Below, piece after piece: positions 13,196-27,691 of a stretch of DNA of 64,000 nucleotides (positions are counted from its first letter, which is position 1; the number at the start of each line of letters is the position of its first letter). The position numbers and the translations under genes were made by a program. The stretch comes from Octopus vulgaris (taxonomy: Eukaryota): positions 16,740,001-16,804,000 of the forward strand of contig OX597826.1 in NCBI GenBank assembly GCA_951406725.2. The letters are read 5' to 3'. Under the pieces are notes generated by a model that was not told where the DNA came from, ran no database searches, and saw only the letters and a program-made list of their open reading frames with translations.

Positions 13196-14079
13196 ATAAT
13201 CACCAGCTAGTGATGAAAACTCATTTCACTCGCAAAATACTATATGATTTTCCAGCGATAAACTGTCGCTAATCTCGAAAAAGAAGATCATACATACATG
13301 TATATGTATATAAGCGAAATATTTCTGTTGCATCGTATCAGTTTACGTTACACGACTCTTTCTATAGTCTAAATAGAAATTTCAACATCCATATAATTAC
13401 ATAATTAATCTATAAACTATACATTATTAATTTGAACGATCTCAATGGACATTTTTATCAGGAAAAGAAACTTGAAATATGAAAAGCAAAACACAGTTGC
13501 TGTTTTATTTATGACATGGATGAAACGGAAAATTCTATGTGATCTCTCCGGAAATATTTCTTAAATTTCTTCTGTTTCAGATTAAATACACAACCACACA
13601 TTGTAATCGTAAGTATATTCATTCAGAAAATCCCCGCAGAACGTTCACCATTCTATTAGGATAGTTATCAAAAGATGCACATCTTTTGTAATTGCATACA
13701 TAATTATCGTCATTGTCGTTCATAATTCTCATCCAAATCGAAATTACTGCCAGACTTTTAAATGCAGGTGCGTTCTACTGACCCAGTTTTTGCTGACATA
13801 CATACTGTACATTGTTCTACATAAAATATAAATTGTATGTTAGACAGGAACCACTGAAATTATTTTCTCATTCATCTGAACGCCAAACTTATCTCTACAA
13901 ATCACGTTTGCACGATGTATCAGATCATCCCATAAGTAATGTCCGGATTTTAAATAAAGAAACAATGCGATCGAATCTTACATTTTAATGAACTTATTCA
14001 TCAATATAGTTTCCATGATTTTCTATGACGTCTTTTCAGTTACTCTTAAGCTTTTTAATCTCATTAGTGAAATACTATA

Positions 14080-14115
<36 letters not shown>

Positions 14116-14147
14116 TGTATGTATATATATATGTATATATATATATA

Positions 14148-15743
14148 CAGTGGCGGCCAAAACATTCAGAACGGCATTGTTTTCGTCAGAAAAGTGGATA
14201 TATTTTTTTATCAAAGTTGTTTTGTATTCTATAATTTTCACAGACAATAAATACAATATTAGTTGTTATTGCCTGAGATTTTGGTGTAATTTGAGAGGAT
14301 GATACAAAAGTTATGGATAATTTAGTGATTTACTGCAAAGCCCATGGCGGCCAAAATTATAAGAACGGTTGTTTTTACTCCGTGTTTTAGTATATTTAAC
14401 CGGCGAACTCTAATGTTTTGAATTTGTTTACGTGACGGTTTGTTTACTAAACATTAGTAAGAATATTTGCAGTGTACTTTGTTAATATAATGACACTTAT
14501 TCCGTTACCAATTCGTCAGCAGATTATTAAGCTTCGAAGGAAGGATAATTTAAGTATTGGATCTATTGCAAAGATTGTTAACAAGTCAAAAAGTGTTGTA
14601 CACGGTATTCTTAAGGTCTACGATGATTGTGGTTCGTGTGAAGCAAGAAAGTTTACGGGTAGGCCAAGAGAAACGAGCATCAGAGAAGATCGTGCTATGG
14701 TAAAGTTGGTTAAAAAGGACAGATTTAAGACTGCTGCTGCTGTTTCTTGGAAAATGAGCATTGTATTGAAGAAAACTTTATCTCGAAAAACTGTGTCTCG
14801 TCGTTTAGTTGAACATGACCTACAAGTAAGAGCACCTGCAGTGAAGCCACTGATCAGCTCCAAGAATAAAAAGCGTCGTCTTACCTTTGCAACCGAACAT
14901 GTGTTGTGGTCTCAGGAAAAAATGGCAAACGGTGCATTTCAGTGATGAATCTAAGTTTATGTTATTTGGCTCAGATGGGAAAAGGTACGTTTGTAGAAAA
15001 GTAGGTGAAAATTCGGTGGAGGAAGTATCATGGTTTGGGGGATGATATCTGGAGATGGTGTGGGCCCTTTGTTGCGATTACATGGAAAGGTAAATGCAGG
15101 AGTTTATAAACAACTTGTAAAAGACCATGTCTTGTCTGTGCTGAGAAATTCAACTAAGCGACCACCCATATTCATGCAGGACAATGCCCCATGTCACAAG
15201 GCTAAGGTGGTCATGAACTTCCTCAAGGCTGAAAAGGTTATTGTTATGGATTGGCCTGCTCAAAGCGCAGATCTTAATCCTATTGAAAATGTATGGAATA
15301 TTCTAGGAAAACGTTCGAAAGACAGAAATCCTAAAACAACTGAGCAATTATGGAATGCCCTTCAGGAAGAATGGAATAAGATCACCCAGCAAGAAATTAA
15401 AAATTTAATTTCCTCATGCAGTCGAAGATGTCAGAGTGTGATTGAAGCTAAAGGGCTTCACACTAAATATTAAATAATTCCAGTATTCTCTGTCATTTTT
15501 GATTATTTTGTTATTTTTTCAACCATTCTGATAATTTTGGCCGCCATGGGTTTTGCAGTATATCACTAAATCATCCATAACTTTTGTATTATCCTCTGAA
15601 ATTACACCAAAATCTCAGACAATAACAATTAATATTGTATTTATTGTCTGTGAAAATTATAGAATATAAAACTACTTTAATTAAAACTTATACTTACTTT
15701 TCTGACGAAAACGATGCCGTTCTGAACATTTTGGCCGCAACTG
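14148..15743 (+). mobile_element. Tc1-family DNA transposon, IR/DR type, full length, inactive
   Basis: About 225 bp TIRs starting CAGTGGCGGCCAAAA and ending TTTTGGCCGCAACTG, with inner DRs at about 14343 and 15523-15550. TA target site inside (TA)n. Confidence 0.95.
14490..15473 (+). pseudogene. Tc1 transposase (DD34E), frameshifted with an internal deletion
   Basis: Paired-like HTH, GRPR motif, FSDESKF, FGGGSIMVWG, QDNAPCH...DLNPIE with 34 residues between D and E. One extra A at about 14920; deletion and frameshift at about 15010. Confidence 0.93.
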
Positions 15744-15796
<53 letters not shown>

Positions 15797-17734
15797 CTGT
15801 GTGTACGTATGTGTGTCTGTATATGTTATAGGAAGATGAAGATAAACAAAATTTGCATACGTTAAACTTCCTACGCGCCTTTCACCGTTATCATGGTTTG
15901 GAACACAATAAAGCACCAAACGCATAAAGATGTTCAGCCGCAGATGTAACCTAATATAATAATGCTTTACACTGAGGATCCGTCGTTGTTGAGCGTGGAA
16001 CTTGAAGGCAGGGTTCCACGCAACATAAATGTGATACGCGCGCAGGAACTTCAAAATAAGACTCCGGTATTTGGTCCTTATTTTACCTATATTTGCTCTG
16101 TAGCTCATAACTAATAATACTATTCCGTATAAGAAATTACTAACAACGGTACAAAAAGCATCACTGGATTACGATTATCAAGAGTTGAAGTGGTGTATCG
16201 TCTTCTTGCGATAATTTCCAGTATATATGTAAGAGCGTTTGTGTGTGTCGTGGGGTGCGAACGTGTATGTGAGTGTGTGTATATAAAGTGAGCACTTGTG
16301 TATGCATTCAAGTGCAATCTTTGCACGCATATCTAATAGTATTGTCTTTATATGTTGTTGCATTATATCTGTTACAAATATGCTACCGGTAAATTCACTA
16401 GAAGAATCGATTAACATTGACTATATATATATATATATATATAAATACACAGGCACACTTTAACGCACATCCACTCCACACACTTACACATACGGACACG
16501 TACACACACATACACGCGCATACACAAACGGACACGCATGTACGCACTTACATTAAAACAATCGCTTTACACAACTGTCATTTCTACTCGACTGAATATT
16601 GTTTGTCTTTTTCAAAGATACTCTCTGACACTAAGCACTATTTAGTGTGAACCTGTATTTCTGTAAAATGTTAAATCTCTGTATATTATCAATACTAAAA
16701 CTTCCTTATCACCCATCAATCAATTTTTGATATCATCCATTCTCATTAAAATTACAAACACGAAATATACAATATCAGTTGCTACCGTCTTATATTAAGA
16801 TCTTAACACCTTCACTCTGATATCCAACGCATTGAATAAACTGTCCATAATTAAGTCACAATTATAACCAACCAATTGCAGCAAATCAGAAATAAACGTA
16901 AAATATCGAGGTATTAACCGAGTTCGTTGCCGGTTCAAAATTTTCGTGCTTGCTACAACAAAAACATCTCTGTGGACTGAAATCTTGAATGTGTTATTCA
17001 ATATCCGTTGTTGTTGATGGTGCTATTACTATTTGGCTTATATGTAAAATTTCGTCGAGTTCATCAATGACCAAAAGCGTTTCGTCTAAAAATTTTTGTT
17101 GGTCACATATCTAAATTGCGTTTGCTTCAATAAAGTTCCAGGTAATCAAATATTGATATGTTTAGTGGTGCGTACCCTACCGGAGGCATTGCATCTTATT
17201 AGAAGAGTGAACAGTTGAAACTAGATCTAAGTCAACAAGACTATGGTCTAGTACAGAATTACTTTAAACTGCATGAAATGATTTTATTGTTTGGAAGTAT
17301 ATAGTCGTTGTAGAAGATTTTTGAAGATGTATACAGTACGAAGAAGGGCTTTGGTATCAATTACTCCACTTTATTTATTCAAGATATTATGCAGTGCAAT
17401 TATGATTTACATAATTATATTTTCGTGCAAGTTTCGATTTGTTGAATGTCAACATATAATGCATTTCATTCAAATTTTGCTTCAGAAATTAATTACAATT
17501 AATTTATTCATCACTGAATTAAAGTTTTTAGACCCCTGTTAGATTATCCAACAGCATCATTCAGAAAGTTATCTGATAATCGCTTTATTCAATTATCCCT
17601 AACATACCGCTTCATCCTGTCGATGCTATGTCGAACTCTCACCCAAATCTAGGTGCACCGTTACTTACAGCTGAAGCAACTGTTAACAAATGACTGTCAT
17701 TAAGTAACCCTGGTAGTTTGTCATTCATTTATGT

Positions 17735-17739
<5 letters not shown>

Positions 17740-17824
<85 letters not shown>

Positions 17825-17885
17825 TATGCGTGTGTGTTTGTGTGTGTGAATGTATGTGCATGTGCGCACTGTTTGTGTGTGTAAA
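17740..17885. repeat. (TA)n + degenerate (TG)n
   Basis: Direct observation. Confidence 0.95.
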
Positions 17886-18817
17886 TGTCTATTATGTATG
17901 TATTTATGTCACATACACACATTTAGGTGCACACATATTCAGCACAGTTTCTACCCAACCAATTTCAAAATTGAATTTCATAATTGCGAAGTGGATTGCT
18001 TCTCTTTGAGATACATTTAGAAATATAGGCAATATTCCATACAAACATTTGTGATCAGATCGATAAATTAACTGAATGCCAATAAAATACCATCTTAAAC
18101 ATACTGTATGCTTTTAATAATGAATAAATTAATTGTAATTAAATTCTGAAGCAAAATTTGAAGGAAATGCATTATATGTTGACATTCAACAAATCGACGC
18201 GTTAATGAAAATAATAATGAGTGAAATGACTATTGATATAAAATAACTGAATATTTGTAGGAAAATATAATTATGTAAATTATAATCTCGATTTTCAGAT
18301 TTCATCGAAGATGACTTCATAAATGTGAGTATAGGTATCGTGTGCATACATAATATACACATAAGCGTGCACACACATCCACACACGCACACACACACAC
18401 ATATGAAAATTTGTAAATATATACTTATACTCACGAATAACAGAGTAAAGGTATAAACTGACAAGAAACTGGTATCATTTCTGGTTTTAATATTTATATG
18501 TGTAAGCATTGATAACCTATGAAGGGAGAAATGAATATTACAGGAGTTCAGGTTACAGGTGCTCGGTAAAAGTTCATTTAAGTTATGTTCATAACGATTG
18601 CGGAATATTCTAGAATTCTCCAGAGACACTTATAAGGTAAATCCATGCTATTGGTATTAGATAGGGAGTGATGCTGGTTATTATAGACAGAATGAAAAAC
18701 CGGATGAAAAGAGGGAAGATATGCGGTGAGATCTTTACAGAGACTATGTTTCAAGAATAAATATACAAATAGTGTAACTCTCTGCAAGGAGCCAGTAGTT
18801 ATATATATGTATATATC

Positions 18818-18901
<84 letters not shown>

Positions 18902-18944
18902 TACATATATACATATATACATATATACATATATATTTATATCA

Positions 18945-20790
18945 GCGAGAACTCACTCTCGCGCGAACACTATTTCTAACTCTTCCGACGAATTTCTCGA
19001 ATCTCTGTCAGAGTATACCACACCGTATTCACTACCTCCATGCACTACAAACTCTCTGACTCACACTCCTACCTTAACTTCTCCTCTTCTCAACTTACCC
19101 GCACCAAGCTCTCCATATCCTAATCCAAATTCCTCCGTTACTCAGGGTCTGCAGTGACAACCATTACTTTCAGACTCAGTTTCAACTGATGCCTCGCCAC
19201 TTCATCCTACTTGGATATCCCCTCACCACTGTCCACACTCCCTTGCCAGTGCATGATCCATGGACTATGCATCTGCTCTTTCTCCTTGCCCCCACTACGC
19301 CGTTGCCCATACCCCGTTTCCCGTCACCTACCATCCCTCCACCCTGCCCTTCCAACGCACCATTCTCCCAGCCTTCCGGTGACTCCAGTCCGACCCCTCC
19401 ACCTAGCACATCTTCCCCAACCTACCGCTTCCCTCCTTCAAACGATCCCATAACATTGGCAGGAGATCGGTCATATATTGAGGGCAAATCAGTTCAGCGG
19501 GGTGGAAGTTTTAGTTAAAACCGAGGCACTGGATATTCAATACTTGATGGCCGCCTGCTGTAGCGAGGAATTGGTGCACTTCCCTACGTATATGGAAGAA
19601 GGGCACTTAAGATTACCACATAGTTGTATATCTCTTGTAGGTACTCGCGTGCGTGGCAATCAATGAAAATGACAGTAAAACTTTTGTGGAGTTGAAGAGA
19701 TCAATGAAGGAGAACTGGACAGAAATCACACTGGAGGTGTTACTACATGTAAAGCCAGAAGAAGATGGAGAAGATCTCTATCCTCATCTCGCTGCCGAGC
19801 GGAACTGAGTTGAGAGTAATTATGGAGGGCAGACGTCTGAGATGCCATTTCTGTGGCATGACAAATCATTTACAGGCGTTCTGTCCCCAAGATAAACACA
19901 AGAGAGGAGAGGGAAGTGCCCGATCGCCGATGTCACAACTATTTCCCCAACAGCAACATCTACAAGAAAATAATAAAACAAGTGATGCAATATCAGCATC
20001 TCAAGGCAGAACCATAGCGGCAGTTCCATCTGAGACGGTAGGACTGACAGCAACAGAAAAAGGATCAGGGTCAAAAACAGCAGCGGTATTAACAGCACCA
20101 ACTGTCTTACCACCACCATTATCATTGAAATGGCTGAGCACTTTAGGAGAGAGGACCACCCAGGGTTTTCCCCAACCCAACTCTCCATCTCCCTCAGTCT
20201 CAAACACACGCTTACACGTAGACACCTACACAAGCACAACCACCCATCCACCTGTAGCGGGGACAGAGGACATAGACTCCGATCCCTACACATCTGAAAG
20301 TGAATAGGAAAAAAATACAAAACAATCAAAAAGAAAGTGCAGGAGAAAAACATCCGGATTCACAACAACACAAACATCGGACAACACAAAAAATACCGTC
20401 AAACAGACAACAACCCTTCCAGCTCAACAACCGTTTACACAACAAAAGCTATCACCACCAGCACAACCGACACCACGAGAAACCCCACTGCCCACCCACC
20501 CCACTCAACGAAGAAAGCTTTCGGAAGAATTGTTATATTCTCAGACTCCGAATTTTGTAGCAAGAGAGTAAGTCATGCACATAAAGTGAGGCCGGGCACA
20601 AATATACAAACCTCATATACTCATCATCATGAATACCCGTCTGATAAGTGTGCACCAGGTACATACATCTCAAACATATGTGAGCGACATGGGGATCTCA
20701 TATCAAAGTAAACAGCGAATGAAATTGCAGGTGAGGCCCAGTTATAATTTTATTCAGGCCAAGTATCCCATCTCGCCTAAAAGTCCCTGA
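18945..20790 (+). mobile_element. Tx1/L1-like LINE ORF1 relic with a CCHC zinc knuckle
   Basis: ORF 19765-20307 contains LPSGTELRVIMEGRRLRCHFCGMTNHLQAFC (Cx2Cx4Hx4C), homologous to DLPDGTHLSGFVEGRK*RCHKWG...HL at about 61690-61780 (-). Pro/Thr-rich flanks; begins right after (TA)n. Confidence 0.7.
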
Positions 20791-20804
20791 ATAAGGGTTG
20801 TTTA

Positions 20805-21020
20805 AGGAGCTAGCAGTATATTTAGCACGCCGGGAAAATACTTAGTGGCAATTTGTCCGTCCTTGCCTTCTGATTTCAAATACAACCAGGGTCGACTTTG
20901 CCTTTCATCCTTTCAGAGTCGATAAACTAAGTACCAGTGGTGCATTGAGACCAACATCATTTTCTCAACCCCTCCTCGCAAAAATTTCAGGCCTTGTGCC
21001 TATAGTAGATAGGGTTATTA
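20805..21020 (+). mobile_element. SINE family B, diverged
   Basis: Core GGGTCGACTTTGCCTTTCATCCTTTCAGAGTCGATAAACTAAGTACCAG is present. Confidence 0.8.
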
Positions 21021-21114
21021 TTGCTATTATTATTGTTGTTGTTGTTGTTATACTATTTGTTGCTGTTATTATTACAGAAAATTGGGACTTAGCTTGTTAG
21101 GTATGTACGTTCAT

Positions 21115-21323
<209 letters not shown>

Positions 21324-21479
21324 TGTTAAATATGTGATTGTATACATAGGATATTTTATGTAGCAAATCGCCCCAGCTTTCGTTTCTATTATCTTTTTAG
21401 ATTAAATGTTTGAAATCGTTTACTATCTATATCCGAAATATCTAAATATTATCGGAGAGATTTCTTACAAACTGTCAGC

Positions 21480-21750
21480 TTCTGACGCCATATTTTGATG
21501 TACCAAACCAGATGAAATAATCGGAGTCGGGAAGATGGAGAGAAAGAGTGAAAGGCGGCGTGGCTGGTGAGAGAGATGATGTGCTTGTAAGTCATAGTAA
21601 TCTTCTTGAATAAAATTCCATCAGAGATAGAGAGCAAGGAGAAATGTAGAAGATAGACTGAATCAAGGTATCCGACAAGATTAAACATTTGTTTTATATA
21701 AAGATCGACGGTGGGGTGAACAAATAACTTGCAAGTATTTGGAAATGGTA
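21480..21750 (-). mobile_element. possible L2-clade LINE C-terminal relic
   Basis: LLHFSLLSISDGILFKKITMTYK resembles the L2 motif LHWLPI..RI.FK.L.LTYK. Confidence 0.35.
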
Positions 21751-24552
21751 TATTTATTATTTCTTCTTTGTTTTCATAATTTTCCACACTGCGATTCTCT
21801 GACTTCCGTTTTTCTTATTCGACTTTTAAATATTATTTTATTTTCTCTGTCATATTTGATGAGGACAGTATAATTCAGAATTGATAGGATTGCATATAAT
21901 TCAGTACAGTATTTAGTTACGATATCCTACATTCTATACCCATATCTTACTGGCCAATTTTAACACATTCCGTAGGATGATGCAGAGTTAGTTGACTCGG
22001 CTGCTTGATAATTAACGAATAACAATGATAACAGCCTTCGTCATATACCTCTAAGCGTTCGATGTTTCTTCTGGCAATATAAATGTTTCACTCTTATTAT
22101 GTTATGTTGGATGTTTTTAGAGATTTCAGCAGATAAACTTGTAATTCTTTAACACAAGTCTACTAAACCATATATTGTCACTTGCACTGGAATTAAACTT
22201 CATGCTTCCGTTGTTGTTGTTGTTGTTGTTTCGTCACATCTGTCAACACGGTCGTCTTAGTATGATTAATGAGAGACAACAAATGATGAGCTGGTGTCAG
22301 ATTGGGTTTGCATGTCTTAATGAAGCCGATGATGTCAAGGCCATAGAGGAGACCGGTTGAGAACTACGGGACAATATGTATGAGGCTGATTGTGCAGAGA
22401 AAAGTGTTCTCTTGTTGCACATGGTGGAGTAAAAATAAATTCCATTTTCTTTTTTCCTGAGAAACTGTAAAGTCTAGCAAAGGAAACAAGGAAACAAGAA
22501 GACACCAACTGAGCTGGCAACAATTGCAGCAAGCCCCAGCAAAATAGGTCATAGTTGCGGAAATTGCAAGCAAGTTCCCTTGTAACCATCCTAGAAACAA
22601 GTGAGAAGTTATCATAACCTACAATATGAGCAACTAGTAGCACATCTAGATTTTGGAGTGACGTGTAACGGAAAACCTTGCAGAGGAAAGAATATAAAGT
22701 ATTAAGAGAAATGCAAAACTTACGGACAGACATTCGCAAAAACGAAAATCCAAAGGCAAGCGAAACGAAATAAGAGGCGTCAGGATGAGCAGCTTGCTAA
22801 ATATAAAGATTGCCCTACCCAGAGTAATGTGGATGTCGTGGAAAAGGATTAAATGAAAACACCGTCGTTGGAAGGTCAAGATGAATCCACGACTGTTGTG
22901 CCATGTAATATTACAATAATGAAAAAATAAGAGATTGGCCGTAGAGACTGGAATGAAGAGAGACGTGAGCAAAACGTTATTAGTAAAAGCAACGCAATAA
23001 TACTACAACGAACTGAAAGCAAGATTTACTATCTGCTGCAACCAACATAAACATGTTAACGGGTGCATTCAGGTACAGCAGATCGATTAGTGGCAGACTA
23101 TCAAGTTCATGGGAATCTTAATGTAAACTCACATTTTCTTATCGTATTGTACAGTACTCGTTATAAATTTATTTCATGTAACTATCTGTGAAATATAAAC
23201 TTTCAATTTGTTCATTTATATAACTTCGCCCTCGTTTTTCATAATGATACTTAAACTGCTCTCTTTGAACTTCTTTTAGTTGGTGGCCAGATATTTCTGG
23301 TAGACAAGTGATTATAATATAGAGTTATAGAGAGTTGTCTATATGTTAATGGCATATCTTAACTTTCATGTTTCTTGCTTTATCATTTTGTATTTCTTTT
23401 TTATATTTTTGCGACTAGACATTGATGACATGAAGCTAAAGCCATATCTTTGTCTTTGATTTTGAGTCGTTCAGATATCCATTTGCGAGTTAGTGAATAT
23501 ACACAAAACTTCACACACAAAAGAAAACGTGTAATGCATTAAAAATAAAATCTTTCTATTGAATAAACATGCATGGCGTTCGATGTAAGAAAGTAAAAAA
23601 GTTGAGAAGGATGGAAAGGAGAGAAAACCCAGTAAATTATAAAAGTTCGCCAGAAAAAGGTGTTCAGGAAATGAAGATGTGAAAATGAATATAACGAATG
23701 TGGTGTTCTTTAAAAGAGATGCTGAGTATTCCATGAAATACATTAAGGTGCCTAAGCAAGCAATTATTTCAAAATGATGCGAAAATTTACGTCTTGGTGA
23801 TTCCATAAAGATGCGGTTCTAATACACAATTTTATGTAGAGTGGACAATGTTTGGTACTTTGTGTGTTATAAAAAAATACAAGATAGATATGCGTTCATA
23901 TTTTGGATAAAGCCGGCTATATATGCTGATACAATAAGTAGAGAGTTAGTGTCATTTAATTTCAAATGAAGAATCGTAAGCAATAATAAATCTCTGAACT
24001 AGGTATAAACAGTAACTGCACGACAATGAGAGGTAAATTTGCCATCTCAATATGGCTAACCACTAAGGGTGGGTGTTACTGTAACTTGTAGCCCCAGGAG
24101 AACATCGTCTCCAGCTGGCTTTAGGCACACTTTCTGTGCTCTTAAGGTATTTGAAGAATTGTAGTTGTATTCAAAACTGTGTAATAGCTCCAACGCACTG
24201 CAGGGATGCTATTATTGCAAATCAGGTTATTTTCAGATGATAAAATATTCTTATGAATAAACATCAAAATTAGGCTCAAGCATGGTTGTAAGGTAAGAAG
24301 CTCATTCGGTGACCAAGAAGTTGTGGTTTCAGTCCTACTGCGCTACACCTTACTTTGTCGGTCAATCTGGTAGAGTTAATATGTGTGGAAGCTCGTCATA
24401 TGAGTGTGTGTACATATATGTACGTGTACATATATGTGTGTGTGCGTGTGTGAGCGTGTGTATGTGTATGTGTGTGTGTTCCCATATACATGTGTGATGT
24501 ATTGTATATATATACGTATATATATATATATATGTATGTATATATATATATA

Positions 24553-24741
24553 GGCGCAGGAGTGGCTGTGTGGTAAGTAGCTTGTTTACCAACCACATGG
24601 TTCCGGGTTCAGTCCCACTGCGTGGCACCTTGGGCAAGTGTATTCTACTATAGCCTCGGGCAAACCAAAGCCTTGTGAGTGGATTTGGTAGAAACTGAAA
24701 GAAGAAACTGAAAGAAGCCTGTCGCATATATGTATATATAC

Positions 24742-24786
<45 letters not shown>

Positions 24787-24946
24787 TGACAACTGATGCT
24801 GGTGTATTTATGTCCCCGTTACATAGCGGTTCGGCAAAAGAAATCGATAGAATAAGTACTGGGCTTACAAAGAATAAGTCCCGGGGTGCTCCAGCATGGC
24901 CGCAGTCAAATGTCTGAAACAAGAAAAACAGTAAAAGAGTAAAAGA

Positions 24947-24947
<1 letters not shown>
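24553..24947 (+). mobile_element. SINE family A, near full length
   Basis: Starts GGCGCAGGAGTGGCTGTGTGGTAAG, carries an internal (TG)n, and ends (GTAAAAGA)2. Flanked by (TA)n on both sides. Confidence 0.92.
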
Positions 24948-24991
<44 letters not shown>

Positions 24992-24992
<1 letters not shown>

Positions 24993-26279
24993 GAGGGGCG
25001 TTCGATAAGTAATGCCTCTGACCCACTTGCAGTTGTTTGATCTAGCTGAAATTTTGCATGTGCAATTATTGATATCTCTATAGATTAACTGGTAAATTAC
25101 AGCTCTGAACTAATTGTGGTATCTGATTTACAGGTGTTTGAACTGAGTCAAGTGTGACACGGAGCCTGTTGAGTGTCGAGCAGTGATCCGGTTTTTGTAT
25201 TTGAAAGGACGCACACCACGGGGGACTTTTGATGAAATGAAAGTAACTTATGGTGATGATGCCCCATCATATGACCTTGTAAAACGCTGGCATCGTGAAT
25301 TCAAACATGGTCGGAACTTTGTGGAAACAGCTCCCAGATCTGGTCGCCCCTTCTGCCATTGATGAGGCATCTGTCCGTCAAGTTGAGGCTGCCATTTTGG
25401 AAGATCGACGCATAACTATCCGCCAAATAGCCCATGAGGTCAAGATTAGTACCGGGTCTGTGGAGACTATCATTCATGACCATTTGCATATGCAGAAGGT
25501 GTCTGCCAGATGGATTCCCAGGTTGCTCACACCTTTCCAGAAGCAAGAACGCGTCGATTGCGCGAGGATGAATTGGAAGATGTACCAAGAAGATGAGTCA
25601 ACATTTTTCAAAAGACTGATTACACAGGATGAAACCTGGGTCCATCACTATGATCCAGAGACCAAGGCCCAGTCAATGCAGTGGAAGCATCGTGACTCAC
25701 CTCCTCCAAAGAAGGCAAGGGTGCAGCCCTCCGCTGGCAAGGTTATGCTCACAGTCTTCTGGGACCAGGACGGAGTAGTGATGACAGATTTCTTGGCAAA
25801 GGGTGCCACAATAACAGGAGTCTATTATGCTTCACTTTTGAGGAAATTAAGAGAAGCTATCAAAATCAAGAGGCGGGGCAAGATCAGCAAAGGCTTCCTC
25901 CTCCTGCAGGACAACGCTCCGATCCACAACTCGCGTATCGCCAGATCAGAAGCACAGGCGTGCGACTATGAACTCATCCCCCATCCCCCTACTCTCCTGA
26001 CCTGCACCCTCTGATTTTCACCTCTTCCCAGCCATGAAGTTGTTTTTGAAAGAAAAGCGTTTCCCAGATGATGCAGCCTTGATTTCTGAAGTCACGTTGA
26101 GGTTGGAGGACCAAGCTGGGTTCTTCTACAAAAACAGTCTCCAGAGCCGCATCAAACGATGGGAGAAATGCGTAACTCTGGGTGGTTCCTATGTAGAAAA
26201 AGACTAATAACTGTGCCAAGTTTCGTTGCTCTACTGCTATGGGAAGTGGGTCAGGGGCATTACTTATTGAACGCCCCTC

Positions 26280-26280
<1 letters not shown>
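24992..26280 (+). mobile_element. mariner element (irritans/Bytmar-like), full length, inactive
   Basis: About 37 bp TIRs: CGAGGGGCGTTCGATAAGTAATGCCTCTGACCCACTT / AAGTGGGTCAGGGGCATTACTTATTGAACGCCCCTCG. 1289 bp, TA target inside (TA)n. Confidence 0.95.
25159..26207 (+). pseudogene. mariner transposase (DD34D), start codon mutated to ACG, frameshifted
   Basis: EPVECRAVIRFL...EFKHGR, WIPRLL, TQDETW, QDNAP, HPP/YSPDL.PSDFHLF and GGSYVEKD* are present. Frameshifts lie near 25320-25345 and 25990-26005. Confidence 0.93.
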
Positions 26281-26319
<39 letters not shown>

Positions 26320-26424
26320 GTTGTTTGTCTTGTGCTCTGTTTTTCCGTTGTTAAAAAAGTCCGTTTTCATGTTTTTATGTTTTCGTTTCTCGTTGAGTTC
26401 TACGTTTATTTGTGGTGTCCTCTA

Positions 26425-26516
<92 letters not shown>

Positions 26517-27586
26517 CATGTATATATACATGTAGATGTAGGTACGTATATATGTGTATGTATGCATATATTTTATTTATTAAATTATTGTATGACTGAC
26601 CGCCCTCGCGTTTCTTTCGTTTCCTTTCTTTTCTCCAAGTAAGTTTTTTATATATATAATAAATGCCAAAACAAATTTCTGTGCGTCAGCGTTTCACACT
26701 TTGATACCCTCTCTCAGTATTCGATGGCACTTCTACACCTCTTGCTGCTGTGGGAGTAATAGTAGGCATAGAAACAGTGAGGGTGGTAGCAGATTGACAG
26801 TTGAGACAGTAATGGAGTGATAGTAATAGTATGAGCTGTAGCTGTGATAGAAGCAGAGGCGACGGTGATGATGGTGGTGGCGGTAGCTGAGTGGTCAAGC
26901 ATGACGATGATAGTAAGGATGTGAAAGACAGTGGTGATGTTGGTGAATGAAAGGCGGCGAAGTCAAAGCTACTGATGTTGGTGATGTCAGAAATTGAATG
27001 GTGTGTGTATGGCAGTTGTGGTGGCGATGTTGGCGGTACTGGTGATGGTTGAAAACAATCAACAGAAATAGAGAGAGAGAGAAAGATATTAGACAGAAAA
27101 AATATTGTACTCACCCCTCCCCCGAATGGGAAGCCAAGAAATGTTGTTTATTTTGCAGCTTTGCAATAAGTTCCAAGTCGACATATTATATCATTGTTTT
27201 GAAGAAAATTGTTCATTGCTTGAAAAATATTGGTCAAGTTTAATAAAATTTCATATGTTCCGAATGCATGAAGTGTCATTATTGGGCTCAAGGCCCAATG
27301 AAAAGCCCTTCATGTGAGTTAGCTTAAACGCCGCCCTATCGAGCAGCTTTTAAGCTAGTATACACACACACAAGCACATGTATATATAACATATTTGTTA
27401 ACAAATGCAGAAGGCTTTATAAGTTACGGAGAGAAAGCTACTATGGAAGGCCCATAGTATAATAATAACTATAATAACATACCATAATAATATTCTACTA
27501 GTTGGACCCGTGAAAAAATCCCGGAAAATATAAAAATGTAAGCATCTATAAATTGTGTGCTGGTGCCATGAGAAATGGTGGCTAAG

Positions 27587-27691
27587 CTGGAGCAACGCCC
27601 TTTAGTCGAAGAAATCGACCACTTTCAGTTTCCGTGTACGAAATTCACTCACGAGGCTTTGGTCGGCCCGAGGCTATAGTAGAAAAGACAC
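27587..27691 (-). mobile_element. SINE family A fragment
   Basis: Matches GCTGGAGCA...TTTAGTCGA and TTTCAGTTTCCGT...GGCCCGAGGCTATAGTAGAA. Confidence 0.75.

Noticed and set aside
19189-19518. Proline-rich host protein
   Set aside because: It lies within the LINE ORF1 relic and is interrupted by stops and frameshifts.
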